64,000 bases of DNA from Tubiluchus corallicola (lineage: Eukaryota; Animalia; Priapulida): NCBI GenBank assembly GCA_030141605.1, contig JAQGDQ010000005.1:868180-932179 (forward strand). Direction: 5' to 3'. A model generated the notes under the pieces. The model searched no databases, was not told the DNA's origin, and saw nothing but the letters and a program-made list of their open reading frames with translations. The number at the start of each line of letters is the position of its first letter. Within the stretch, counting starts at the first letter, position 1. This document shows, piece after piece, positions 25,501 to 37,665 of this stretch. The position numbers were made by a program, and so were the translations under genes.

Positions 25501-26747
25501 CTTAAAGAAATACACATACACTATCCATTTATTTATACTAAACTTAAAAATTGGGCGTTCCCAAAATTTGGCGCCCTAGGCAACTACCTAGTTTGCCTAG
25601 TGGTAGGGCTGACCCTGTTTAAAATAATAATAATAAATAAGGGGTTAATTCCGAAATACAGTTAAGCCTGTAGGACAATGTGCAGGTGAAGTTTGAAAAC
25701 TTCCAATCTGAACCTTTTACTGAGTCCCGCGAAAGAATTTGATGTCACGTTTTGAAGAGATTCATTTTTTACAGAGCTCTTTTGCCGCCGAAAGAATTTG
25801 CTTCTGCTGATGATTTGAAAGCTGCTTCACTTCCATCGTCTACCACACACTGGTAATTCTATGTTCTGAAATAAAACGGTTTTATCTCGTCCAAACTGAG
25901 AATTCTGATAAATGTATTCAACTGCGCCCTGAAAAATCTCTGTAAAAGTTCCTCACAATTTAATCTCACGTGAGCGGCAATTGTTGTAATTACACCTTAC
26001 ATGCAATTTTAATACGGTATTTTTGTATTGTATTGCAAACACTTTTCTCTTTGCTTTTTGGTCAAACATAATGTAGCTATTAACTTGATAGGTTGTTAAC
26101 GCATCCCCAAGAGTGGCTTTCGCAAGAGTACAAGAAAGTGCTAAGTGCTGACAAAGCATACAGTAAGTTGTATATTTTTCAATAAAAAACAATTTTCTCA
26201 CAGTACATCGACAAAATGTGGTTACACAGTCGACCTAATTTGTTCAAAATTAATTTAAAGAACAGTCAGGTGTTACACTCTGCTCGATATGGCTTACATT
26301 ATGTTCTAACGCCTTATTTTCACACCAGAGACACGAAACGAATTTTTCTATGTATGCTGAATTCTAAGTAAATTTTATTCACGCAGCTTGAAACCTGAAG
26401 ATTATAATTTTATCAATTATAAAATTTTTATGGTTATGTTAGTGGTTGTGGCGTCTCACATTATCTATCCGCATTTTCTTTGTAATCATAATAAATTAGT
26501 ATAATTATAAAACAATTAGTACATATACCAAAAGATCGTTTGCATCGCAAACCTAATAATTTCAAAAGTATTGCTGTTTTCAATAAAATCCTCATTGGCA
26601 TTTCAGTGTCAAGTTTTTTGTTTTTCAGAATCGGCCCTTACCAGACACAAAGCGCAGCTGATGGTGACTAGATCGAGCATGGTTGACAATGATACTTCTG
26701 CAGAAAGTGACACTGACGATGGTGACGACGACGAAGACGATGACTAG
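16521..26747 (+). CDS. Uncharacterised ~1,000-aa protein: acidic N-terminus, long Ser/Lys/Thr-rich disordered region, small ordered C-terminal segment
   Basis: Phase-consistent GT-AG exons 16521-18603, 20255-20433, 20787-20918, 22527-22747, 23580-23656, 23889-23959, 24464-24555, 25775-25852 (2,933 nt, no stops). The terminal exon(s) around 26387-26432 and 26629-26747 are ambiguous. No family recognised. Confidence 0.8.
21357..21372 (-). terminator. Degenerate histone 3' stem-loop (H2A)
   Basis: Minus strand CACCTTTTTCAAGGAT: a CCTT-TTTC-AAGG remnant of the GGYYYTTTTCARRRCC consensus, ~37 nt after the stop. Confidence 0.55.
21409..21781 (-). pseudogene. H2A: Histone H2A pseudogene (intronless, frameshifted)
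   Basis: [54 protein letters not shown], then a frameshift in the A-run, [23 protein letters not shown], a second frameshift, and [16 protein letters not shown]. Small deletions are also present. Confidence 0.93.
21968..22258 (+). pseudogene. H2B: Histone H2B pseudogene, divergent from H2A
   Basis: [38 protein letters not shown][deletion of the IAAEASRLAHYN segment][36 protein letters not shown]. In-frame stops, deletions and frameshifts. Confidence 0.93.
22292..22307 (+). terminator. Histone 3' stem-loop (H2B)
   Basis: GGCCCATTTCAGGGCC followed by ACCA; one mismatch to the canonical GGCCCTTTTCAGGGCC. Confidence 0.9.
25100..25617. mobile_element. MITE with (C)AGGGNC(C/A)GC-type termini
   Basis: Left end AGGGACCGGCTCTA; right end GGCGCCCTAGGCAACTACCTAGTTTGCCTAGTGGTAGGGCTGACCCTG. 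Contains an internal ~60-80-bp degenerate tandem duplication (25148-25290). No TSD seen. Confidence 0.45.
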
Positions 26748-27094
26748 TAACAAAATTACCTTTATTTTATAACAGTGTGATACAATGGTGCAGTACTCTG
26801 AAATCTATGCTCCCACATTTTACTCGGTCTTTTAATTCTTCCAAATTTGAACTTCCAAGTCAGTACTTGTAATTCTTTGTAAACTTCTATAGCTTATCCT
26901 GTCATATGCCATCCTGATAACTTCTCTTGTAATTTTTTTTAGAAAATTGTAATCAGTAATATTGTCTAAGAGCAAATGTTTTAGTGCTGGTCATGCTCCT
27001 GTTGTCTCTATACTGTGATTCCTCAGAATCTCCAGTAAAAATGGCCAGAATTGCTCAGTTTGGCTAAAACTGCTCTATCGTCCTTTTGGAAACG

Positions 27095-27525
27095 ATATTG
27101 ACGAAGGCAAAAAATTGTCTAAATTAGCTGACTGCAAAATGTGCAACAGAGTAAGCACATATGATGAAATTCTGTTCCTAAGAAACTCTTTACAGGTGCT
27201 TTTTAACTGGTCACAAGAATTGCAAATGCTATTCAATGAAAGTAAATATAAATTAATACATATGGGGTTTTCAATTCCACACCAGGATCATTTGTTTAAT
27301 AACACTTCATTAACATTTTATGCTGTTCAGGAAGAGACTGACTTATGTGTTATTATGTCATCTGACGTAAAACCTGGAAAACACATCTCCACACAAGTCA
27401 AAAAAGCAAACATAATACTTGGTGTAATAAACAGAACATTCATTAATAAAAATGCAAGCGTACTCATCACACTGTATAAATCTTAAGTCCGTCCAAATGT
27501 GGAATACGCTAGTCTTGTTTGGAAT
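27095..27525 (+). mobile_element. CR1/L2-type LINE reverse transcriptase fragment
   Basis: LADCKM..LQVLFNWSQELQMLFNESKYKLIHMG..EETDLCVIMSSDVKPGKHISTQVKKANIILGVINRTF..LITLYKS*VRPNVEYASLVWN: the typical post-YADD region of CR1-group RT, with an in-frame stop. Confidence 0.88.
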
Positions 27526-29057
27526 GATGGGGGTTAGCTGTGTGAGTTAGTGATAGTCATCTTGTCGACCATCTTAAAATGATGGCCATATTGGACGATT
27601 TCTTGTTAGCTCCCTATCCAGAATTAACCGCTTTGATGTGTTCTAACAATGTGCTAGATTTTCATAATTTTTAACCAAAATCAGCTATTGCTTGTAGGAC
27701 TATAAGTTTAGCGTCATTGCAATTCTAAGCTCTAACAGTTGTAACCAATACATGCGCCTAAGCCTACAGTTCATGATTATAGCCTATTTTGCATGCAGTT
27801 GACACAAAGAATCCCTATAACTCAATCTTTTAATCTTTTGAAACCAAAACTTGATCTAAAGAAATATAATGTGAAAAAGTCATACTCAACCAAGATTTGA
27901 ACCAGATTACAAATCTAACGCCATGACCATTAAATTACATATACCTGCTGAGTTAATTTGACTTCAGAAATAATTGTGCGTCATTGAGAATCTTGATAAC
28001 AGACTGTAAATAGTTGTTTCTCCATTATTTGCTTTAGTTTTTTCTAATTTTATTTCCAGTATAGGAAAAGCACGTGGATTACAATAAAAACAGGTTCATA
28101 CACGAGCACACATTTTTAACCAGACAGACATTACATAAAAATATAACAACTTCTAGAACTTTTAACAATTCCTGTAATAATAACAATAATTGGCTTCAAT
28201 TTCTAACTAGTTATTAATTATCACAGACAGCTCAAAAGCAACATGGCTAGATAAGCTTTACTGAGACTGTAAATAGTCATATTTTGCATCATTGGTTAGT
28301 ATGGCTGTTTTATTGCCCAGCTAACATCTTAAATGACACACTGATCAAGTCCAATAAAGCAAGGATATAGGCCTAATCAATACAAACACTGATTATTTTG
28401 CAAGAAAATAATGTACTAGTAATGAATCACTGAAATTGAACTGAAGCTTTTAAACCTAAATTTGATAGTCGTACATTAATGGGAGCCTGGGAGCACACTT
28501 AAATGAGATGTACACCTTTGTTCGCTTTTGCTTAATAACATGATCAGTAAAAACCCATACATTGACAAAACCTTACAAAGTTTTTGCTTCTCCGCAGAGA
28601 GATGGGAAGGCATATGATCGCTTTTGCTAGATCTTAATTATACAATTAGTAATATAACAGTATTTTCATGGACTCTAAAAAGGTGGCGAGATTTTCTTTT
28701 AAATATAACGATGGAGTGACAACTGTGACAATAGTACTGTGATATTATGAATAAAATTGTAATAATAGTTTTTGCTTGAAATAAATGTTATTATTACAAA
28801 AATGCACAATGTGTATTTTTCATTTTTTAGTCTGTCCGCTGTATTCAGAGCTATTGAGGGTCTACATTATGCACCTCCTAGCACATGCTAAGAAAATACA
28901 GATTCCATTGTTCTCTCTTTTTCTTTCTGGAAACTTTTATTATTTTTTTTCTTAGTTTACTTAATTTTACATGTATAACAATGATTCATGTTGGGCAATG
29001 GATATGCTGCATGCCAAATCTTTGTTAAACAATTATTATGTACCAAGTCCAAAGAGT

Positions 29058-32000
29058 TTAAACTTCTTCTACCAATATCTCGTGTGGGTTTACACCAAAG
29101 CAGCACTTATCGCCTTGCTGATATGCCCACGGCATGTGCGTTGTAGTAAAATGACACGCTGCTTTGCCAGCATTATTCAGAATAATCACCCCACCAGCGC
29201 CACCAACTCTGTCAAGCATATAATTAAGAGAATCTCTTGCAGCGATCTCTTCATCTACTCCTGCAGAAATAAACTTACAATTAGAAGTTTAGAACATGTA
29301 CACATGAAAATTACTGAATAAGATTATTGGAATTTTTTTGGCCTGACAGCGAAGTGTGGTCTAAGAGAGTGATGCCTAATGTTAAAGGAAAACTGGACCC
29401 AATCCTATTCTGCAAATCAAAACAATCTGTTCTTTAAAATATTGAAAAGGGAACATACTATTTTTTAAAAAATGACTTATTTAAAAGAATTATTACCGGA
29501 CAAAAGTAATTGTGTACTCTCGCGGCTAGTTTTTTGCTGTTACATGCATTTTACCATTCGTTAGTTAAATGGGCACCAGCGCCTGCACTCCAGAAACACG
29601 TTGCATGAAAAACAGGTGTTGTACCTCTCCGGTCAGAGTTGTTCCTTTGTGACGTAAACTGTTTGCACACATGTGCAACACACCCATGGAATGTTTCTGC
29701 TGTTCAAAATTGTGTTCGTTCGTGACGACATCACTAGCTGGGCTCGCCAGCCATTAATTAAGTTTTTTTAATCTATTATTTAAGTATCAGAAACGCATTG
29801 ACATTATAATATGTATTAGAATGTATACATTTCAGAATGGTGTAGAATATGAAAAATCGTCCTGTTTTGCTTTAATGGAGGCAACCAATAATTTTTTGTA
29901 CAATTCAGTATTCTGTAAACAAACAAGCACTCTTGCGCATCCATGTGTAACAAATGTTAATACTTCATGAAGTGTTTGGTTGAGAAGGCGCCGGAACAGA
30001 AACATCTCGTTACAAAACATAAAAAATGAGATCAAAATAATTTACCACCACTGTCTAAGACATAGAAACATGATAATTCTGAAATTCTGCTTTTGTTATG
30101 TGCCATGCTTGCAAGTGGCTATACAGGCAGCAGTGTTTGTTCGATGTATTCGTGAATGAGTGGTATGGTGTCATCTGACGTGTGTGCTTGCCAATGTTTT
30201 GATGCAGTATTAATGCCTTTTAATATCTTACCTGCTGACATCATATTCATCACTCGGCTAGCCAGACAAACTTTGATAATGGATTCACCATGACCAGTGC
30301 ATGAAATACCACCAATGCTGTTATCACAATAGACACCGCAACCTAAAAATATACCTTGTTTCTACTTGTTTCTACTAAAACAAGCAAGCCAGTAGTCCCT
30401 TGCTATAAAGAGTAGCTTTATTCTACTGTACGAAATATCATCTTATAAGTAGAAGTGATGGTTCATACATCAAATGCATCATTTAGAATACGATCAGCAA
30501 AATTAATGTTGCTTGAGTGTTTATAGTATGAAATCTATGAAGTTTTTTAAAAATTATTCAGGCTGACAGAATTCGCAGAGCCTACAAAATGTCTGCGATA
30601 AATCCAGCATATTGCCATAATTTGAAAATTTTTCACTTGTATTGCACACACGGAGTCACACCTATGTTCCAGTAGTAACTGTTGCTCTTCTAAGCATGAT
30701 TTTTCTATAATAATAGATAGTATGAGCTGCATACGAACCGACCAATGGAGCATCTCCAACTCGACCCACTTTTTTAGCCGTTATTCCGCCAGTAGAGGTC
30801 GCTGCAGCCATATTTCCTGTCGAATCAATAGCAACACAGCCAACAGTGTCATGATTAGACCTAAAAATGTTTGATCTTTGCCTTTTACAAGTGAAAATAT
30901 GACATGAATTAGGATATATTCACACGTATCAGAGTATGCATACTTCGCATATGTGATCATTTTGGACTACAACAATTATGTGAACTGTTCCAAAAACTTA
31001 AGGCATACTGAGATACTATTGATAAAACAACGAATAGGTTACAGATCCATACTACTATTGAGAAAATTGTCACAGACAAACACTACTGCTGAAAATGATC
31101 CGAAGGCTACAGACCATACTACCACTTAAGAATAAAATTGCAACTACTAATCCACGCTACTGTCTACCTAAGTGAGGGACACTAAGATTAAATAGGGCTC
31201 ATGCGCTGCTATCAATCAGTATACAGGTTGTAAGGAAGACCACATACTACTGTAATAATTTTCAAATGAAGCCAATACCTTGCCATAAACGTTGAAGATA
31301 CAGCCCCTCTATAATCAGCGCACTTGGAATATTGTTCTTTGGCATATGTACACAGTAACTCGTCCGTAGGAACAGCGGGTACTCCTTCTTCCCGAGCAAA
31401 CTTGTTCGCACCTTCGCCAACAAGGAGCACATGTTGTGTCTGAAATATAACATAATGATATTAATAATATTATTGTTACGATCGCTATCCTAAAGTAGAG
31501 TGATAAGCACACAGAAATAGTTGTGCTTATTACACTTACACAAAAATAGTTGCGGGGTAAATTTTTAGAAAATTTAGAAAACTCGCAGAAAAAATTCACA
31601 GGAAAGATATTTCCCAGAATTGCCATTTCCCAGAACCGTCGTTTCATAGAAAATAAAAATCACAGAAAATGTAATAAAACGTTTTAGATAATGCGAAAAA
31701 AAGTAATTTGTTTTAACCAAAGTTAATCAATGACAAGCCTGGCAACTGATTTGTTTGGAGACCGCTTAGGAATATCACTCTTGGGCAGTTACTTTTACTC
31801 TATCCGAATTATTTTTTGGTGTTTAGAGAAGATGTACATGCATCCAAATGTGACATCTCTGCCACTTCTGTCATTCGTCTCTAAAAGAACCTGCAAAAAA
31901 TCTTCCGAAAAACATAATTTATTGGCAATTGCTGACTCCAAGATATTAACAAATCTGTGTGGTTCCCAAAGCCTGCTAATTTTCAGTTTTTTATAATCAT

Positions 32001-35000
32001 TATTTTTTAAACTTTGTTTCAAATCCCATGAAAATCAATTGAATTTGAAGTGATGCATGCAACAAATGATACAACGCAAATTACATTCAGAAAGTTTCAT
32101 CATAAAAAACTTGAACAAAATATTTTTCTAAAACAAAATTAAAGAAACCAAGGTTGACCATTAAACACTACGTCACTTTAAATGATTCTGATTTTTGATA
32201 TTCATTAGTCAAAGTGCTATAGTAACTAAAGGAGAGGAAGAAAGAAAGAGAGATAGAGAGAGAAAGTGAGAGAAGAGGGAGAAGGGAAGGGAGAGAAAGA
32301 GTGAGTGATTAAGAGAGAAAGAGACAGACAGGAAAGGATAAAGGGGGGATGAGAGGGTGTAAGAAGAGGGAGAAAGCAAACAGTGAAAGAGAAAGTGAAG
32401 GCGTCATCCTACTAAAATTTAGTAGATTTAGCAGTTGAAGACGTAGCCATGATTTATCTGTCAAAAAAGCGTATTGGAAAAAGTTTTCCGGAAAAAACAT
32501 CTGGCAATTTTTTTCTGGGAAGTTATTTTTTCTGGGAAATGGTTTTTCTGTGAAATTTTCCTAAACCAATAGCTGCATATTCTAAATCTAATAGTGTCAT
32601 GTGTTTTGAAGCCTTCAAGCCTATAGCATGACTTAATAAACTATCTGCAAGGTTGTTTTTTGTGTTAATAACGACATTGCATAGCTTTTTTTAGTTTACC
32701 TTTAGTTTCTCCTTCTAAAAGAAAAAACTATAATCTATTAAATATTAGAAAAGTAAAATTCTCTTCTGCTCATTATTGTTATACATGTAGTGGCATTGTT
32801 GTTATTGTAAAGACTTAATGACGTGTAGTGAAAATGCAGATTAATATATACTAAACCAGGAACTTTGCAACCAACAATGCCAATTTTTAAATGATAGATA
32901 GGAAAGGAACACAAGCGCATGAACATAAAACATACTATGCAAACCACTACTGCTAACTGTACCTTTTCCATTACAGATCTTGCAAGCTTGACTGGATTCT
33001 TAATGTTTCGTACGCATGCAACACCTCCAGCTCGTAGAGTATCACCTTCCATTATTACTGCATCCATTTCTATCTGACCATCTGCATTTAACACTGAACC
33101 AGTACCTAAAATGCAGCACTGTTGTTTGAAAAGGCTCATTAAAATGTGTAGATTGTTAAGCTACAACGACTTATTTGCGGATAGGCACTACTACTACTAC
33201 TACTGCTACTGTTTTGCCAGGATTGCCAATGGTCTACTGCTGCTGCTGCTGCTGCTGCCGCTACCACTACCACTACTACTACTAACACTATGGCTGATAA
33301 AGACACAAACCATAAATGTATTATTACTATTATTGGGTATGACGTAATGAAGTCAATAATATAATGATAGGCCATAAGAGTATAACGAAGACGAAGCAGG
33401 TAACAAAGATCCGCAACTCCACACACTATTGAAAAAACACCCAAAATTCCCAGAAATACTATTGCTGAAAACGACCAAAATCTGCAATCAATTGGCAGAA
33501 TGGCAGAAAAACTACAGGTGATAAAATATTAATACCAGGGAAGGTACAAAATAAAAGTTTATTTCTGTGTAGTTGCTGAAAACTGCAAAGCTCCAATTTT
33601 ACTTTAATGCTGAGAAGTACAAAAAAGCTATTAGTTAGTTCTACTGCAGCTAAGAATGATGAAAAAGCTGTCCCGCAACTATAAGTCCACGTTGCCAATG
33701 TACTTCTGATTTAAACATTTAGAGTGTGTTCTAAATTCAAAACCAGCGACATTGTCGAAGCGGTAAATTGGACCTTGAAATTACTGATTGTGATAGTCCT
33801 ATATAGTAATGTAGGGAATCACTAGCCTAACAGTCGTACACGTATCTGGTTTATTAACAAGCGAGGCTTGTGCCGAAGAGACAAACTTGTCTTTTCTCTT
33901 TGAAATTTAATTTAATGATATACTAAATGGCATTTTGATTTTATAAATTTGGAACTTCTGTTAGTTAGGTCACTTGGGTGGGTAACACGAGCATCGGCGA
34001 GAAAGCTCTTCACGTTAAAGTTAAACCACTGAAGCCAGACGTAGCGGTGTACCACACAACTTACGTTATCACTGTCGTAAATCATCAACTGCTAATATCA
34101 ATTTAGTGGTTAACACAATAGGGATGGTAGACTGTAAAATGGCCAGATTCACTTGAGGAATGTGATGGTTGCTTCCATCCCCGTATCGGGATTTGGATAT
34201 CTTCATGTAGATGTTAAAAGTTTACCATGTTGGAAACGTCGTCTGTGCGTCACTGTCAGGCAAAAATCTGTAAGCTGTGACTGTCAGTTTGGACAGTCGT
34301 ATAGCCAGTGAAAGTTCAGCAGAACCATTATTTTGGGGAAGGGGTAAATTTGTTGTTAAATTTCATTAAATAGTATCCCACTTGTTTACTGAAAGTCGGA
34401 TAAAATGTTGTCTATCAATTACAATAAAACAATCTACGTATTATATGAGAAAATTACGAAAATTATTTATTCCTGTCACAGAATTGGCATAAATAATCAG
34501 CACACACCTTTCGGCACACGTTACATCAAAAGTTGGTTTTAGGGTACCTGTGGTCCTCCTAACCCGAACCATCACACTAATCATTTGCGTTTTTATAAAC
34601 ACTGTAACTATTTAAAATTTTAAAAGCCTATACTGCTTGATTTATGCACACTGAGAGCCTACATAGTTTACATTCTGATGATAAGTAAGTATGTCGTGTC
34701 TATTTGCTCAGTGCAAAAAACTCACATTCTGCAGTAAGTTAACGCTTTAGTATAAGAGGGGTACAATAGATAATATTATTATCATTTTAAGCTCATCTTA
34801 AAGTACGTTTAGCAATCTGGGCTATATACATATTCCAAACTGCTAGAAAACGGAAACTTGTCAAGCAATAATCAACTGGATATAAAGCGTTGATAAGAAA
34901 TGTTAACTAAGAGTCACTCATACGAATGCATAATCTTATGTTCTATCGCGGTAAATTACTGTGTCACGAAATATGACTACGTATGTCTATTGCATAGATG

Positions 35001-37665
35001 TTATATTATACGACAAGAAACCGTGCAAACCGGGAACTTGTTGGTGATGTTGGTGACAATGACAGTACTTCAGCATTCTCCGTAACATTAAATGGAGGCT
35101 GTTATTCCCGAAGAAAAATAAATTTGAAACACATGCAACATACATTTACACGATCATTATTTATACGATTAATACATCAAGATATACTTTTAATTTACAC
35201 CAGAAATCTTGAACATAGATCGCCTTTCTTTTAACTTTTCTGTCTCGGAAGACAATGGAGTTATTGATCACATTGATGGAGCTGCATCGTCGACTGTAGC
35301 TGAGCAATCCGATCCTTGAACCACTGGAGTGGCCTCTCCAGGGCACACGCCTGGGCAAGGTGTATGGAGATCCTGAGTTGCCCAGACAACAGGAACCCCC
35401 TCTATTCCTCCCTGGTGTAGTCCAAAGGAAAGCGGAGCGATACGTTTGGCACTAGGTTGGCTGCAGGAGCTGCCGGAGTCAGTGAGCATGCTGCACTGGT
35501 CCGCCTTCGGGGCTCCACTCCTGATTTGGAAGGTTTACTCGTACACATGGCCATTGGGTCACTTGACCTCCTCCGCCCTCTAGCCGTTGGCTGCTTGTGC
35601 AGCTTTCCGCCTAGTGTTGAGATACAGTGTGGGCATCCCGCAAGCCTACAGCACCTGGTATTCTTAGGCGGTCACCTATCCAAGTACTAACCAGGCTCTA
35701 CGTTGCTTAACTTCGGTGATCAGACGAGAACCGGTGTTTTCAACGTGATATGGACGTAGATGTCTTCTTTTAATTACAATTCTATTTACGTTATGAAAAA
35801 ATAATAAACAATGTAGGTCTAGAGTTACACTATATAATTTTACGTATAGATGCATACATACCTTCTTTGTAAAAATGTTTGTGTATGTTATTTTTCAAAC
35901 CTACGATGAAAGTTAAATGCAGCCTGGATTTGAACCAGAGCCCTTCTGCTTACATTATGACTCCCCAGACCACTAGGTAACCACATTTGTCTAAGTGTTT
36001 AAAGCAGTCCAAAGTTCATCACTTATAGCTAGCCAAGCAAATTCATTAATTTGTTGTGGATTGTAACATACTAATAATAATCTTAACACTAAAATTACAA
36101 TAATAGTATACACTTGCACTCATTTTATTAAAATTTAATAGCATATAATAATCGTACATAGTACACAAAATTGGTCCTCCTGCACTCAAATGTAAAAAAA
36201 GTTATGTAAAGAATGGAATAAAGTATATGCATACATAGGTTAATAAAATGGAGCAATGTATGTTATACGAAACGGAGTCTCTCTTTCATATGACTAGCAC
36301 GCATTTGACAAGAATAGAGTAAAATACAAGGGTACTAAAGATCATGAAAATGGAGTAATCATCAATGTGTGCTACAGAAGTCTTCCCTTTTTATATATAC
36401 ATCTAACAAGGTTGTGGTAAAAATAGGATAAAATGTATCAGTATAACGATTGTGAAAAAATGGCATTAGTAACAAAAAATGGATCCTCCCACTTAGAATA
36501 TAGGTCTAACAAGGTTGTGTAAAGAATGGAGTAACCTAAACTATGAACTGTTCCACCGTGCTGATAATGTGTTGCTCGGATAAGCTTACTAGGTCAGTTG
36601 CTGCTCAGTTACTGGAATAATGGGAATCCAAAATAAGCTCTGAATCGCAGGAATGGTGGAGTTTCAAGTTCAACAAAAATTTCTGAGGTTATTTCTGTCA
36701 GCTTAATTGGCTTTTTTTCAAACCAACTTTACTATGCGCGAGTTTTAAATGACGTGACACCTTGGCAAAAGTCAGCTGTGTAAGTTTAAGGAGTTAGTCA
36801 TTCATTCATTCAGTCAGTCAGTCAGTTGACTAGTCAATCAATCAATAGTGAGTGAGTCAACCAGCTTAGTCAATCATTAAGTTCAATAGTTTGACGCATT
36901 TATACAACCCAGCGAAGTAATCAGCCATATATTTTTATGAGTGGATAGAACAGTAGAAAATAGCCGAAAAAGAAACGTTTTCTGTGTTACGTACGTGCGT
37001 ACAGGGAGAGTTCTCAATGTAAACAACGACATTACAATTATATCCGGAAAGTTCTGTTAAATAAAAGCACGTTGACGAACAGCACTATTTTAATTACAAA
37101 CCAATGGCAAAAAAATTATAGTCGATTCATTCAAGAGAAACAACAAATTGTTTTCATCCGCGTAAGACGCAATGCGTGCTAGAAGAAATTGAAACTAGGC
37201 TTATCATTGTCTCAGCTGTGACTTGATCAATACAATTGAAGCTGTACTGTACACGGTAGAATTGGTGACCACTCTTATGTATGCAAACACTCAATTTGCC
37301 ACTATTTAACAATAAATATTTTGAAAACCTTAACCTGTTAAAATCTTCCTGTTCATAGCAAAAGCTCTTTTAAGAATTCATTGATTGCACAAATCAGGCT
37401 AAGCATAAAGTTGCACTAAGTAAATAACTAGGTGACACCGTATTACCTCCTGTAAATAAATCATGATACCTGCATCAAACAAAGGGTCGTCTTCTAAAAC
37501 ACACACAGCAGTTTCGACAGCATCAGTTACCGAGCCGCCCTTCATTAGCATTTGATATCCGGCTTTAGCAGCCCGTTTTACTCCCTCCATTGTCGCTTCT
37601 CGCATTTCTTCCGTTTGTATGTGAAACGCTCCTCCATGAACGATTAGTGTGGGTGTAATACTCAT
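29058..37665 (-). CDS. ASRGL1: Isoaspartyl peptidase/L-asparaginase (Ntn-hydrolase); 6 coding exons
   Basis: Exons 37665-37470, 33105-32963, 31439-31279, 30860-30739, 30342-30232, 29260-29058. Motifs [31 protein letters not shown], catalytic HD-T-VG, ATSTGG, GRVGD and TGHGE are all intact. Confidence 0.95.
31554..32567. mobile_element. Foldback/MULE-like element with repetitive inverted arms
   Basis: The left arm has (tttc)ccagaa/cacagaa subrepeats and the right arm has their inverse ttctggg/ttctgtg subrepeats. An internal GA-rich tract spans 32230-32400. Confidence 0.45.
33188..33286. repeat. Compound (CTA)n/(CTG)n microsatellite
   Basis: Direct reading. Confidence 0.85.
35235..35764 (-). 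mobile_element. Candidate 5S rRNA-derived SINE (SINE3) with RTE-derived body
   Basis: 5S head plus ~400-bp GC-rich body ending in a segment coding [14 protein letters not shown] and the hairpin TGTCT-TCCG-AGACA. Flanked by the direct repeat TTCTTTTAA at 35226-35234 and 35765-35773. Confidence 0.8.
35642..35761 (-). rRNA. 5S: 5S rRNA sequence (full-length, SINE head or pseudogene copy)
   Basis: ATCTACGTCCATATCACGTTGAAAACACCGGTTCTCGTCTGATCACCGAAGTTAAGCAACGTAGAGCCTGGTTAGTACTTGGATAGGTGACCGCCTAAGAATACCAGGTGCTGTAGGCTT, 120 nt. Several substitutions (box C GGATAGG; CCTAAGAA) and no oligo-T terminator. Confidence 0.92.
35918..35984 (-). mobile_element. Degenerate tRNA-derived SINE head
   Basis: Minus strand GTGGTTACCTAGTGG (box A-like) ... 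GGTTCAAATCC (box B). No valid cloverleaf or anticodon arm. Confidence 0.5.
36800..36880. repeat. (TCAT/TCAG/TCAA)n tetranucleotide tract, probably part of a HINE-like element
   Basis: ttcattcattcagtcagtcagtcag...tcaatcaatcaa. Confidence 0.6.

Noticed and set aside
33111-33444. Poly-Leu/Ala/Ser ORFs
   Set aside because: Trinucleotide microsatellite in an ASRGL1 intron.
35642-35761. Functional 5S rRNA gene
   Set aside because: Solitary copy with box C and stem substitutions, no oligo-T terminator, and embedded in a TSD-flanked element.
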